Assembly: GCA_044376155.1 (NCBI GenBank)
Contig: JBILLI010000001.1
Location: 1-51,879, forward strand
Direction: 5' to 3'
Source: Polyangiales bacterium
GTDB taxonomy: Bacteria > Myxococcota_A > Polyangia > Polyangiales > Ga0077539
DNA: 51,879 nucleotides
Below, in pieces: positions 40,402-51,183 of the stretch. The translations under genes and the position numbers were made by a program. The notes beneath the pieces are model-generated. The model ran no database searches. It was not told the origin of the DNA and saw only the letters and a list, made by a program, of their open reading frames with translations. Every line of letters starts with the position of its first letter. Position 1 is the stretch's first letter.

Positions 40402-41160
40402 GTGCGCGATCCTGTGACCCTGGTCCCCATCGGTGTGATGCGCACCGAGGCGCGGGAGAAGTCCGAAGCCGCGCGGCAGCCCTACGCCGCCGACGGGGCC
40501 CGCGGGGTCATTGAACTCTTCCCCGGACACGGCTTCGAAGACGCCCTCTGCGACCTCGACCGCTGGACCCACGTCTGGGTGCTCTTCGTCTTTCACCGCA
40601 ACGACTCGTGGCGCCCCAAGGTGCTGCCGCCGAGGAGCCGCGGGGTGAAGCGCGGGGTCTTCGCGACGCGCTCGCCCCACCGCCCGAACCCCCTGGGCAT
40701 GAGCGTGTTGAAGCTCCTGCGGGTCGAGGGTCTGTCGGTGCACGTCGAGGGCGTGGACCTCCTCGACGGCACCCCCGTGGTCGACCTCAAGCCCTACGTG
40801 CCCTTCGTCGACGCGATCCCCGACGCCAGCACGGGGTGGATCGCCCAGGACCCCGAGGCCCCCTGGTTTGTCGCGTGGTCCGAGCGCGCGGCGGTGCAGC
40901 GCGACTGGCTCGCGGCCCACGGCGAGGACCTCACCGCCCCGGTGGAGCGCGCGCTGCGGTTGGGACCGGCGCCCCACGCCTACCGCCGCATCCGCGCGAC
41001 CCCCGACGGCCACGAGCTCGCGGTGCGCGACTGGCGGGTAGACTTCACCGCGACGGAGCGCACGCTCACCGTCGCGGCGATCCGCTCGGGCTACCGCACC
41101 TCAAGGCGCGACGAGGCCCCGGCGCTGCACCGCGCCTACGCCGATCACTTCGTTCGGTGA
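40402..41160 (+). CDS. trmO: tRNA (m6t6A37) methyltransferase TrmO (YaeB/TsaA-like)
   Basis: VTLVPIGVMRTE..., THVWVLFVFHRN, RSPHRPNPLGMSVLKLL, LLDGTPVVDLKPYVP. GTG at 40402. The exact start is uncertain. Confidence 0.8.
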   Translation: MRDPVTLVPIGVMRTEAREKSEAARQPYAADGARGVIELFPGHGFEDALCDLDRWTHVWVLFVFHRNDSWRPKVLPPRSRGVKRGVFATRSPHRPNPLGMSVLKLLRVEGLSVHVEGVDLLDGTPVVDLKPYVPFVDAIPDASTGWIAQDPEAPWFVAWSERAAVQRDWLAAHGEDLTAPVERALRLGPAPHAYRRIRATPDGHELAVRDWRVDFTATERTLTVAAIRSGYRTSRRDEAPALHRAYADHFVR

Positions 41161-41170
41161 GGGGTCACAT

Positions 41171-41189
41171 CCCCCTGCGGCGCAGGGGG
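41171..41189. terminator. Perfect GC-rich hairpin between convergent genes (candidate bidirectional terminator)
   Basis: CCCCCTGCG-G-CGCAGGGGG (9-bp arms). It lies 10 nt after the trmO stop and 14 nt from the stop of the convergent lipoprotein gene. No U-tract. Confidence 0.45.
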
Positions 41190-41203
41190 ATCGGTGAGGG
41201 AGG

Positions 41204-43900
41204 TCAGCGCAGCCCGAAGCCGCCGCCGAGCACGAACAGGCCCGAGCCGTGGCTCAGCGTGGGAGACGTGATGCCGAGCTCGCGGCCCGTGGGCAGGCCG
41301 TAGGTCGACAGCGAGCTCGGGATGGCGAAGCCCGGGATGGGGATCGCGGGCAGCGCGTCGTTGAGCGAGCGCGTGAGCAGGTCCTCGACGATGAGCCGCA
41401 CGGCGCGGGTGAGCGCGGTGCGCTCGGTGCCGGTGATCGACTGGCTCTCCAGCGAGATGTGCAGCTCGTCGAGGGTGATCCCGCCGAAGCGCAGGTCGTT
41501 GCCCATGAGGGTCACGGCGAGCGACGCCCGCGCGCCCACCGACACCGCGAAGGGCTGCGACGCGCCGGGCAGCGGGATCGACGCCGTGAGCCCACCGAGG
41601 TCGACCCCCATGCGGCCGTCGGTGCGGAGCTGCGCCACCGGCGGGAGCGCCGTGTCGATGCGCACGCGGGTGCCCTGCGGAAAGACGTCCCCGAGGCTGC
41701 CGACCGAGATGCTCGCGTCGAAGAACCCGCCGCGCCACAGCGCGTGGAGGGCCCCGTTGAGCACCGCCGGCTGCAGCGTCACGGTGGCGGGGCGGGTCAG
41801 CGCGACGGTGTCGCTCACCGCGGGCGGCAGGGCCACGCCGCGGCTGGTGGTGCCGCGCACGGTCATCGCGGTGAAGCGCGTGCCCAGGCCCAGCGACAGC
41901 CGCGAGGTGTTCGCGCTGAGCGACGAGAGCCCGAGGCCGAACTGCAGCGGGAGGGTGCCCATCCCATCGAGCCGCGGGACGTTGAAGCTCGCGCCGAGGC
42001 TGGAGACGTCGAGCCCGCCGAGCACGCCGTCGAGCACGCGGGTGAAGTTGTCGCTCACGTAGCTCCGCAGGGCGTCAGACACGAGGTTGCGCACGATGCC
42101 CTGCGCGAGCGAGGCCACGACGTTCACGATGACCCCGGTGAGGCCGCTGAAGTCGGTGCTGATCTGCCCCACGCTCACGGTGGTGGAGTTGGGTCGCACC
42201 ACCGCGCGCGGTCGCCCGCCCGAGGCGCTGAGGTCGAAGATCACCCCGACATCCACGGAGCGCACGGTGACCCACCCCGAGGTGCTGAGCGTGCCCGAGA
42301 TGCGCAGGCGCACGCGCACGTTCTCGAAGCGCACGTTGGCGCGCAGGCCGCCGTCGACCAGGGTCAGCGCGGTGGTGTTGGGCCCGTTGATCTCGCTGCC
42401 GTCGTAGTCGACCCGCGAGCGGAAGATGCACGAGCACCCCACGAAGGGCACGCAGACCTCCTGATCGCAGGAGTTCTTCAGCGGGTTCGCGGCGCGCAGC
42501 GCGGTGTCGAGCTGGGTGCGCAGCCCGGTGCTGTTCACCACGGTCTGGAGCACGTCGTCGAGCGAGGTGATGGGCGACACGGGGTCGCCGTCGTCGAGCG
42601 CCGACTGCGCGAGCCGCAGCGACACGCCGTTGTCGAGCAGCGAGGTCTCGGCGAGCCAGCGGTCCGACACGAGGTACGTGCAGGTGCGGCTGTTCTCCAG
42701 GCCGTTGGTGTCGGTGGCCTCGACGTCGACGAAGACCATGCCGAAGCGCGAGGGCACCGTGGCGGTGAACGTGCCGTCGTTGCCCGGGGTCACCGCCGCG
42801 CCGTTCACCGTCAGCGAGCGCACCCCCGAGGTGTCGCGCAGCGTGCCGCGGATCATCAGCGGCGCGCCCGGCGCGTGGTTCACCATGGTGACGTTGCCGG
42901 GCACCGTGCACGAGATCGCCGGGCCGCTGGAGTCGACCGTGAACGAGGTCGACTCCGAGAGGGCGACGCCCCCCTCGGTCATCCCTGTGACCCGCACGGT
43001 GATGGTGTAGCGCCCCTCCTCGGCGTAGCTGTAGACCCCGGGGCGGATGTTCATCCCCTGGGTCGCGGTGGCGTACTCCAGCGCGGGCATTTCGACGCGG
43101 TTGCCGAAGCGGTCGGTCACCGTGGCGACGACCTCGACCTCCTGGCCCGTGCGGTACAGCGGCTGATCGGGCGAGCGCGCGATGACCAGCCGCGCGGGCA
43201 GCGCCGCAGAGACCGTCAGCGTCGCCGGATCTCCCTGCGCCCCAGGCACTTCGCAGCGGACCATGAAGCTCCCGCTGCGCTCCGCGCGCACGGCGTTGCC
43301 GGTGACCGCCACGCCGTCGCCCGAGGGGGTCACGGCGACCCGCGGCGTCGCGTCGGTGATGGCGTTGCCCTCGGCGTCGGTCACCGCGCAGGTGGCGGTG
43401 GCGCTCTCGCCCGCGGTCATCATCGCCCGGTCGAGGGTGGTGGTGACCCGCGCGGGCGCGCCGGCGTCGACGCGAATCTCGGCGGGGGTGGCGTCGCTGA
43501 GCGACCCGAGGGCGCAGCGCGCGGTCACCGTGCCCACGCGCACCGCGGTGTACGTCGACCCGCTCGCGCGCACCGCGTCGGCGGGCGCGAAGGTCAGCGT
43601 CGGGGTCATGCCCGCGGGGGGCGCCACGTCCATGCCCGCGGCGTTGCGCAGCACGCAGCGCGCCATGATGACCTCGCCCGCCCGCACCCGCGTGGGCGCC
43701 TCGGTCTCGATCTGCGTCGCGGTGAGGTCAGGCCCGGTGTCGGCCGGACCCGCGTCAACCTCCTTCGGACCGGTGTCTGCGACCGCGACGTCGGCCGACC
43801 CGGCGTCGCCGGGGGTGTTGTCGATCACGGTCTCGCCCGACGTGTTGCTGCACGCGGCGACGAGGCAAAGCCCCAGGAGCGCAAGAGAGAGACGCGTCAT
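41204..43900 (-). CDS. Large lipoprotein: N-terminal Ig-like domains plus C-terminal tandem BPI/LBP/CETP-like (TULIP) domain (tentative)
   Basis: Lipobox LGLCLVAAC. Three similar roughly 90-aa beta-rich repeats (..ARCALG../..ATCAVTD../..VRCEVPG..). The C-terminal 480 aa shows a BPI-like order of motifs (see finding). The CDS itself is well supported by GC3 and length. Confidence 0.8.
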   Translation of the reverse strand: MTRLSLALLGLCLVAACSNTSGETVIDNTPGDAGSADVAVADTGPKEVDAGPADTGPDLTATQIETEAPTRVRAGEVIMARCVLRNAAGMDVAPPAGMTPTLTFAPADAVRASGSTYTAVRVGTVTARCALGSLSDATPAEIRVDAGAPARVTTTLDRAMMTAGESATATCAVTDAEGNAITDATPRVAVTPSGDGVAVTGNAVRAERSGSFMVRCEVPGAQGDPATLTVSAALPARLVIARSPDQPLYRTGQEVEVVATVTDRFGNRVEMPALEYATATQGMNIRPGVYSYAEEGRYTITVRVTGMTEGGVALSESTSFTVDSSGPAISCTVPGNVTMVNHAPGAPLMIRGTLRDTSGVRSLTVNGAAVTPGNDGTFTATVPSRFGMVFVDVEATDTNGLENSRTCTYLVSDRWLAETSLLDNGVSLRLAQSALDDGDPVSPITSLDDVLQTVVNSTGLRTQLDTALRAANPLKNSCDQEVCVPFVGCSCIFRSRVDYDGSEINGPNTTALTLVDGGLRANVRFENVRVRLRISGTLSTSGWVTVRSVDVGVIFDLSASGGRPRAVVRPNSTTVSVGQISTDFSGLTGVIVNVVASLAQGIVRNLVSDALRSYVSDNFTRVLDGVLGGLDVSSLGASFNVPRLDGMGTLPLQFGLGLSSLSANTSRLSLGLGTRFTAMTVRGTTSRGVALPPAVSDTVALTRPATVTLQPAVLNGALHALWRGGFFDASISVGSLGDVFPQGTRVRIDTALPPVAQLRTDGRMGVDLGGLTASIPLPGASQPFAVSVGARASLAVTLMGNDLRFGGITLDELHISLESQSITGTERTALTRAVRLIVEDLLTRSLNDALPAIPIPGFAIPSSLSTYGLPTGRELGITSPTLSHGSGLFVLGGGFGLR

Positions 43901-43955
43901 GGGGGCGCATCCTAAGGGCCTTTGCGCGCACCCACCAACGGCGCGCCGACGAACG

Positions 43956-45725
43956 TCAGGCCCCGGCGCGCGTGAGCGCGTAGGAGAGCGTCACGCAGCG
44001 CAGGCCCAGGATCCACACGCGGTGCTCGGCGCGCAGAGACTCGCCGTCGGCCCACACGTCGATGCGCTCTCGCAGCGGCAGCCGCAGCGCGCCCAGCGGT
44101 GTCACCAGGAACATCCCCGCGTCGTCGCCCCTGCACTCGCTCGTGAGCGAGAGCCCGCCCGCCCGCGCGCCCTGCTCGAAGCGCAGCAGCCCCAGCAATG
44201 AAGCGAAGGGCAGCGGGAACGCGCAGGAGAGGTACATCCCGCCGCGGCCGGGCTGCGCGGCGTAGGCGGCGACGTAGTTCGCCCGGGTGTTCTCCCCCGC
44301 GCCGTACGCCCGCACATACCCCCGCGCCCCGGCCCGGCCGTCCCGCGCGTCGTCGAGCGCGAAGAGCCGCGTGTGCACGGTCTCCCCGTGCTCATCACGC
44401 AGCGGGAGCTCGAGCTGCCCCAGGAGCCTTCGCGCCGCGCGACGAAACAGCGCCGCGGGCGCACGGAAGGGCGCGTGCCACACCGCCTCGGCCCGCAGCG
44501 CGTGCACCGCCGTGCGCTCGTAGAACGCCCTCACCCGGGGGTCTACCCGCGCGGGGTCGAAGCCCTCTCGCGCGAAGTCGTCGAGGTCATCGAGCTGCCC
44601 GCGCACCGGCCGCGAAGAGTCCACCGCGCCCACGCGGTCGAAGAAGTCGACCCCCACGAAGCCCCGCGCAGAGAGCCTTGGGCGGGTGAAGCGAACGACC
44701 CCGTGGGCGGCGGGCGGACCGCGGAGCGCGAAGGCGAGCAGCCCACACAGGGCGAAGCCCAGGGCGTTGGCCGCGCCGTGCACCGCGGCCATCAGGTGAA
44801 AGGAGATGCGCCCGCCCGGCGCCGCGCGCCCGGCCGAGCCGGTCATCGCGAAGGCCACGGCGAAGCCCATGGAGAGCACCAGCGAGAGGCCCGCGACGCC
44901 CAGCAGCGCGCCGCTCACGCGGGCCCACCCCGTCTCAGACCGCAGTCGACGCAGGCCCTCTCGCAGGAGCAACCACGCCCCCACCAGCATCCCCGCGCCG
45001 AGGACCACCGCGGACGGAGACTCCAGCGCCCGCGAAACGGTGATCCCGACGGCGACGAGGGGCACACCCGCCATGACCACCACCGCAGCGACGCCGTACC
45101 AGACCGCGAGCGCGCCCCGAGCCGCGACCCCATCGGGGAACAGTGACAGCCCGAGGAGCCCGAGCACCACCGGCGCGGCGAAGCCTGCGTAGTGAAAGTG
45201 CGCGGCGGTGTAGAGCACGATGGGCTCGAAGAAGCCCATGGGCGAGACGCCCGCCCGCGACGCGAGGAGCCAGGCGCCGCCCACCGGGAGGTAGAGGTGA
45301 CCGAGGTCCACCGCGAGGAGCGCGAGGGGGGCCGCGCCGCGCACCGCGAGCCGCTGCCAGCCCCGCAGCGCGACGGCGAGCGTCGCCAACATCCACACGC
45401 CCGCGAGCACGCCCGCGAGCGCGCCCACGGCAGGCACGAAGCTCGCGAGGCCGAAGGGCGCGGCCACCGCGAGCAGCCGTTGCAGCGCGCGCGCCTCGCG
45501 GCCCTCGTCGCCCATCGCCCTGCACGCGACCGACACGCCGAGGGGCACGACGCACGCGACCGCGAGCGCCACCAGCGCCTCGCCCGGGTCACGGAACACC
45601 CCCAGCGGAAGCATCGCGGCCCAGAGCAGCGCGCCCAGCGCCGCGGCGTGTTCCCCGAAGCGCTCCCTCGAAATCGCTCGATCTCTCTGCGGTGCAACGA
45701 GTTCGGGTGACACGCGGGATCCCAC
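43956..45725 (-). CDS. Polytopic membrane protein with soluble C-terminal domain (possibly YndJ-like; tentative)
   Basis: 589 aa. The N-terminal 330 aa hold about 9 hydrophobic helices, and the C-terminal 250 aa are soluble. GTG start at 45725. The family call is from weak recollection only. Confidence 0.65.
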   Translation of the reverse strand: MGSRVSPELVAPQRDRAISRERFGEHAAALGALLWAAMLPLGVFRDPGEALVALAVACVVPLGVSVACRAMGDEGREARALQRLLAVAAPFGLASFVPAVGALAGVLAGVWMLATLAVALRGWQRLAVRGAAPLALLAVDLGHLYLPVGGAWLLASRAGVSPMGFFEPIVLYTAAHFHYAGFAAPVVLGLLGLSLFPDGVAARGALAVWYGVAAVVVMAGVPLVAVGITVSRALESPSAVVLGAGMLVGAWLLLREGLRRLRSETGWARVSGALLGVAGLSLVLSMGFAVAFAMTGSAGRAAPGGRISFHLMAAVHGAANALGFALCGLLAFALRGPPAAHGVVRFTRPRLSARGFVGVDFFDRVGAVDSSRPVRGQLDDLDDFAREGFDPARVDPRVRAFYERTAVHALRAEAVWHAPFRAPAALFRRAARRLLGQLELPLRDEHGETVHTRLFALDDARDGRAGARGYVRAYGAGENTRANYVAAYAAQPGRGGMYLSCAFPLPFASLLGLLRFEQGARAGGLSLTSECRGDDAGMFLVTPLGALRLPLRERIDVWADGESLRAEHRVWILGLRCVTLSYALTRAGA

Positions 45726-45799
45726 GGGAGCGTGTGTGTACCACGACCTCGACCCCGTCGCTTCCCGCGCCCGTCGCCGAGGACTACCCTGCGCCCATC

Positions 45800-46912
45800 A
45801 TGGCCCGACCCGGCGCACCGAGCATCGAGTTCTCTCCCTCCACGCGCTCCTTCGCGCGCAGCGCCTTGTTCACGATCATGGCGCTGGTGGTCGCGTGCGT
45901 CGTGGGCTCGGCGTCGTGCACCCGCGTCGACCCGGGGCACGTCGGCGTGCGGGTGAAGCTCGCGGGCTCTTCGCGCGGGGTGCAGAACGCGCCGATCGTG
46001 ACGGGCTGGGTGGTCTACAACCCGCTCACCGAGCTGGTCGTGGAGTTCCCCACCAGCGTGCAGAACGTGGTGTGGACCAAGGACGTGCACGAGGGCTCGC
46101 CGGTGGACGAGTCCATCTCCTTCGCCTCCTCTGAGGGCGTGACGGTGAACGCCGACGTGGGCCTCGCGTTTCACATCGAGCCCGAGAAGGCCCCGCAGCT
46201 CTACGGGCGCTTTCGCCAGCGCGACCTGATGGTCCTCGCCCACGGGTACGTGCGCAACGAGGTGCGCGAGGCCATCAACGACGCCGCCGCGCGGCGCCCC
46301 GTGCAGGAGATCTACGGCGCGGGCAAGACCGCGCTGATCAACGAGGCCCTGCGCAGCGTGGTGGCGCGGCTGTCGCAGTACGGCTTCGTCATCGACCAGC
46401 TCACGTTCAACTCCGCGCTGCGCCTCCCCGACAACGTCATGGGCGCCATCAACCGCGCGATGGAGGCCACGCAGAACGCCATCCAGGCCGAGAACCGCGT
46501 GCGGCAGATCCGCGCCGAGGCGGACCAGGCCATCGCCCGCGCGCACGGCGAGGCCGAGGCCGCACGGCAGCGGGCCCAGGGCGAGGCCGACGCGCTGCTC
46601 ATCCGCGCGCGCGCCGAGGCGCAGGCCAACGAGATCATTCGCCTCTCGGTCACCCGCGAGGTCACCAGCTACCGCGCGCTCGAGCGCTGGGACGGCCACC
46701 TCCCCGTGGTCTCGGGCAGCAGCAACCCCATGCCCATGCTCACCCTCGACGCCGCGCAGGTCACGCAGCTCCCCGAGGCCGAACGGCGCGCGCGGCTGCG
46801 AGAACTCCTGGGCGCCGCCCCCATCCCCGCAGCACAGCCCGCGACGCCCCCCACGCCCACCGCCGAGACGCCCACGCCCCCGGCGGGCCCGACGGCGCCC
46901 GCGCGCCCCTGA
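45800..46912 (+). CDS. SPFH/band-7 (prohibitin-like) domain membrane protein
   Basis: ATG at 45800. N-terminal TM (ALFTIMALVVACVVG). SPFH core (VDPGHVGVRVKL...). Ala/Glu/Arg coiled coil (AENRVRQIRAEADQAIARAHGEAEAARQRAQGEADALLIRARAEAQANE). Pro-rich tail. Confidence 0.85.
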   Translation: MARPGAPSIEFSPSTRSFARSALFTIMALVVACVVGSASCTRVDPGHVGVRVKLAGSSRGVQNAPIVTGWVVYNPLTELVVEFPTSVQNVVWTKDVHEGSPVDESISFASSEGVTVNADVGLAFHIEPEKAPQLYGRFRQRDLMVLAHGYVRNEVREAINDAAARRPVQEIYGAGKTALINEALRSVVARLSQYGFVIDQLTFNSALRLPDNVMGAINRAMEATQNAIQAENRVRQIRAEADQAIARAHGEAEAARQRAQGEADALLIRARAEAQANEIIRLSVTREVTSYRALERWDGHLPVVSGSSNPMPMLTLDAAQVTQLPEAERRARLRELLGAAPIPAAQPATPPTPTAETPTPPAGPTAPARP

Positions 46913-48370
46913 TCACCCTCGCAGCAGCGCGTTCGCCGCGAGCCACTCCAACGCGTCTTCGAGCCGCGCGGCGCAGTCGCCGTCCCGCGCGGTCCAGGGG
47001 AGCGCGGCAAGCAACGCGGAGCGGTCCCGCGCGCCATCGAGCAGCCGCAGCACCGCGTGAGGATCCGCCGGGAGCTCCACGCGCGTATGCCGCAGGGTGG
47101 TGACCACGTCGTCGCCCACGGCCTGCGAACGGGCGAGCGGCGACGCCTCCGGCCGCAGCCCCGCGCCCCCCGCGTAGCGCGCCGGACCGAGGTGCGGCAG
47201 CACCGCCCCATCGAACAGCAGGTCGAGCACCCCCGACGCCCGCGCGGCCGCCTCGCGCAGCGCCTTCGGCCGGGCCACCCCCCGCCGCGCCCCCACCGCG
47301 CTCGCGAGCTCCGCGAAGGCCACGGGGCGTCGCTCGGCCTCGACGAGGCACTGCATCGCCTGTCGCAGCCACGGGTCCGACACCACGACCTCGCCGCCCT
47401 CCCAGGCGAAGCGCGCGCCGCCCACCGCCGCGAGGGCCTCGGGCGCCAGGGGCTCGGCGCGTGTCGAGAGCGAGAGCCTCGCCACCCCCGCGGGCTCGCC
47501 GCGCCCGGCGCCCTTCTCGGCGTGTTGCAACAGCGCCGCGCGAAATCGTCGGTTGCGGGTGTAGTCCACCGACTGCGCGAGATCGACGGCGTCGCCCGGC
47601 CCCGGGGCCATGAGCGCGCGGCCCACGCGCAGGTCTGCGTCGCCGAGGTGCACGAGGCCGTGGGCGCGGGCCGCGGCGTCGAAGGACCGCAGGGTGAACG
47701 CGTCGTTCACCTCTTCGAGGTACTCGTGAAAGAGGTAGGCGTCCTCGGCCTCGGCGATGCCCGTGAGCTCGTCGCGCATCCACGCCGCCCAGGGGGAGCC
47801 ATCGGTCTGCAGCGACGCGCGCCACACCGCGAGCGCCCGGCGTGCGCGCAGAACCCGTTGCGCCGCAGGGCCTTCGTGCGCGTGCTCGGCAAGGTACTCC
47901 CGGATCGTGCGCAGCGCGTTCCACCCCGGCAGGGCGTTGTATGAGACGTAGGCGACCCCCTCGGGGCGCAGCCGCGCGCGGCACACCCGCAGCACCGCGT
48001 CGCGCACCGCCGCGGGCACCCACGAGTACACCCCGTGACAGACCACGTAGTCGAAGTCGCCGAGCTCGTCGCCGACCTCGGTGATGGAGCACGCGACGAA
48101 GCGCGCGTTGCGCAGCCCGAGCGCCTCGGCGCGGCGCGAGGCTTCGTGGACCTGCGTGGCCGAGAGGTCGACGCCCACGAATTCCCCACCGGGGAGGTCC
48201 AGCGCCATGGGGAGGAGGTTCGCGCCGCGGGCGCAGCCCAGCTCCAGGACGCGGCACCGGGAGACGTCCGGCGGGCTGCGGCCGCAGAGCACGGCGATGG
48301 CCGCGAGGCGCTCGGGGTGGGAGCGCTCGTGGCAGTAGTCCGCGTAGGGGAGCTCGTCGTAGGTGTTCAC
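46913..48370 (-). CDS. Class I SAM-dependent methyltransferase with C-terminal methyltransferase regulatory domain
   Basis: YDELPYADYCHERSHPERLAAIAVLCG, motif I VLELGCARGANLLPMA and DYVVCHGVYSWVP are typical of this family. The GTG start overlaps the upstream kinase stop (GTGA at 48367-48370). Confidence 0.85.
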   Translation of the reverse strand: MNTYDELPYADYCHERSHPERLAAIAVLCGRSPPDVSRCRVLELGCARGANLLPMALDLPGGEFVGVDLSATQVHEASRRAEALGLRNARFVACSITEVGDELGDFDYVVCHGVYSWVPAAVRDAVLRVCRARLRPEGVAYVSYNALPGWNALRTIREYLAEHAHEGPAAQRVLRARRALAVWRASLQTDGSPWAAWMRDELTGIAEAEDAYLFHEYLEEVNDAFTLRSFDAAARAHGLVHLGDADLRVGRALMAPGPGDAVDLAQSVDYTRNRRFRAALLQHAEKGAGRGEPAGVARLSLSTRAEPLAPEALAAVGGARFAWEGGEVVVSDPWLRQAMQCLVEAERRPVAFAELASAVGARRGVARPKALREAAARASGVLDLLFDGAVLPHLGPARYAGGAGLRPEASPLARSQAVGDDVVTTLRHTRVELPADPHAVLRLLDGARDRSALLAALPWTARDGDCAARLEDALEWLAANALLRG

Positions 48371-49251
48371 CCCGCCACCGCCTTCGCGAGCATCGCCGCG
48401 GCAGCACGCGGACGTCGGTGACGCGCCTCGCCCAGCGCGCCCACCATCGCGTCGCTGTCGGCGAAGCGCGCCGCGGGGTCCTTCGCGAGGCAGGTGCGCA
48501 CGAGCACGGCGAGGTCCTCGTCGACGCCCATCATCGCCGGGGGCACAGCCTCGCGCACGCGCTCCATCACCTCGACGGGCCCCTCGCCGTCGAAGGGGCG
48601 CGCGCCCGTGAGCATCTCGTGCAGGGTCACCCCGAAGGAGAAGCGGTCACTGGCCGCGCTGAGCGCCTCGCCCCTCACCTGCTCGGGCGACATGTACGCG
48701 TACTTGCCCTTGCGCACCCCCCCTTGGGTGACCTCGGCGCGCAGGGTCGAGCGCGCGATGCCGAAGTCGCCGAGCCGCACCTCGCCGTCGCGCGAGAGCA
48801 GCACGTTGGCGGGCGACACGTCGCGGTGCACGATGCCCATGGAACGTCCGTCGTCGCCGCGCAGCGCGTGGAGGTACGACAGCGCCGCCGCGACCTCCTC
48901 GGCGATGAAGAGCGACAACGGCGCGGGCAGCGGACCACGCGCCAGCAGGGTCGCGAGGTCGGTCCCCTCGACGAGGTCCATGCGCACCCAGTACGTGCCC
49001 TGCGCGACGCCGAGGTCGTGCACCTGCACGAGGTTGCGGTGGTGAAAGCGCGCGGCGATGCGGGCCTCGTCGATGAGGGCGCGCTCGTAGTCGGGGTCGC
49101 CCTGCAGCGCCGGCAGCAGGGTCTTCACCGCCACGCGCCGCTCGAAGCCGCTGGCCCCGTGCGCCACGGCGAGGAACACGTCGGCCATGCCCCCGCGCCC
49201 GAGGTGGCGCAGCACGCGAAAGGGGCCGATCTGCCGGGGGAGCGTCTCCAT
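48367..49251 (-). CDS. Ser/Thr protein kinase, catalytic domain only (294 aa)
   Basis: ATG at 49251. GRGGMADVF, VAVKTL, HRDVSPANVLL (Ser replaces the canonical catalytic-loop Lys), DFGIA, MSPEQ. Confidence 0.85.
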   Translation of the reverse strand: METLPRQIGPFRVLRHLGRGGMADVFLAVAHGASGFERRVAVKTLLPALQGDPDYERALIDEARIAARFHHRNLVQVHDLGVAQGTYWVRMDLVEGTDLATLLARGPLPAPLSLFIAEEVAAALSYLHALRGDDGRSMGIVHRDVSPANVLLSRDGEVRLGDFGIARSTLRAEVTQGGVRKGKYAYMSPEQVRGEALSAASDRFSFGVTLHEMLTGARPFDGEGPVEVMERVREAVPPAMMGVDEDLAVLVRTCLAKDPAARFADSDAMVGALGEARHRRPRAAAAMLAKAVAG

Positions 49252-49261
49252 CGCGGGAACG

Positions 49262-50632
<1,371 letters not shown>

Positions 50633-50637
50633 TCGGG

Positions 50638-51183
50638 TCAGTTGTTGTAATCGGGCAGGGCGCGCCCGGTGCGCGGGTCGATGCCCGCGTTGCGCAGCCC
50701 CTCGTCGAGGGTGCGGGCCTGCACCGCGGCGCCCTGCACGACGCTGCGGTTCCACACAGTCACGAGGGTGCGGTCGCCCTCATCCCTCACGCCGACATCG
50801 ACCACGAGTCGCACGTCAGCCTCGGTGACCTGCGCCCCGCGCACCATCGCCGCGAGGGGGTGGATGTCCGCGGTCTGAATGCGCAGACGCTCCTGGAGGT
50901 AGGCCATCACCCGGTGCATCGGGGCCTCGACCATGAACATCTTCATGCCGCCGCTCTGCAGGCGCGGCGCCGAGCGCATGGGCATGCGCAGACCGAAGGC
51001 GCTCTCGTTTCCCGGGAGCAGGCGCTGCGGGTCGGCGGGCTCCTCGGCGGGGGGGGCCGCCGCGGGTTCGGCGATCATCGGCGCGCTCATCGCGGGCTGC
51101 ACCACGGGGCGAGCCCGGCGGCGGCAGCCCAGCGACGCCGCGCCGACGCAGACGAACATGGACCAGCGGAGGACGGCGCTCAT
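50638..51183 (-). CDS. Lipoprotein, unknown function
   Basis: ATG at 51183 overlaps the upstream stop (ATGA). MSAVLRWSMFVCVGAASLGC lipobox. 181 aa. Confidence 0.65.
   Translation of the reverse strand: MSAVLRWSMFVCVGAASLGCRRRARPVVQPAMSAPMIAEPAAAPPAEEPADPQRLLPGNESAFGLRMPMRSAPRLQSGGMKMFMVEAPMHRVMAYLQERLRIQTADIHPLAAMVRGAQVTEADVRLVVDVGVRDEGDRTLVTVWNRSVVQGAAVQARTLDEGLRNAGIDPRTGRALPDYNN

Noticed and set aside
41249-43915. 888-aa + strand ORF
   Set aside because: It is antisense to the lipoprotein gene. Composition is Arg/Gly/Ala/His-rich and typical of GC artefacts.
44915-46699. 594-aa - strand ORF, and the N-terminal 219 aa of the 45143-46912 + ORF
   Set aside because: Both overlap better-supported genes: the YndJ-like membrane protein in another frame, and the SPFH gene from ATG 45800. 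Both are Arg/Pro/Ala low-complexity.
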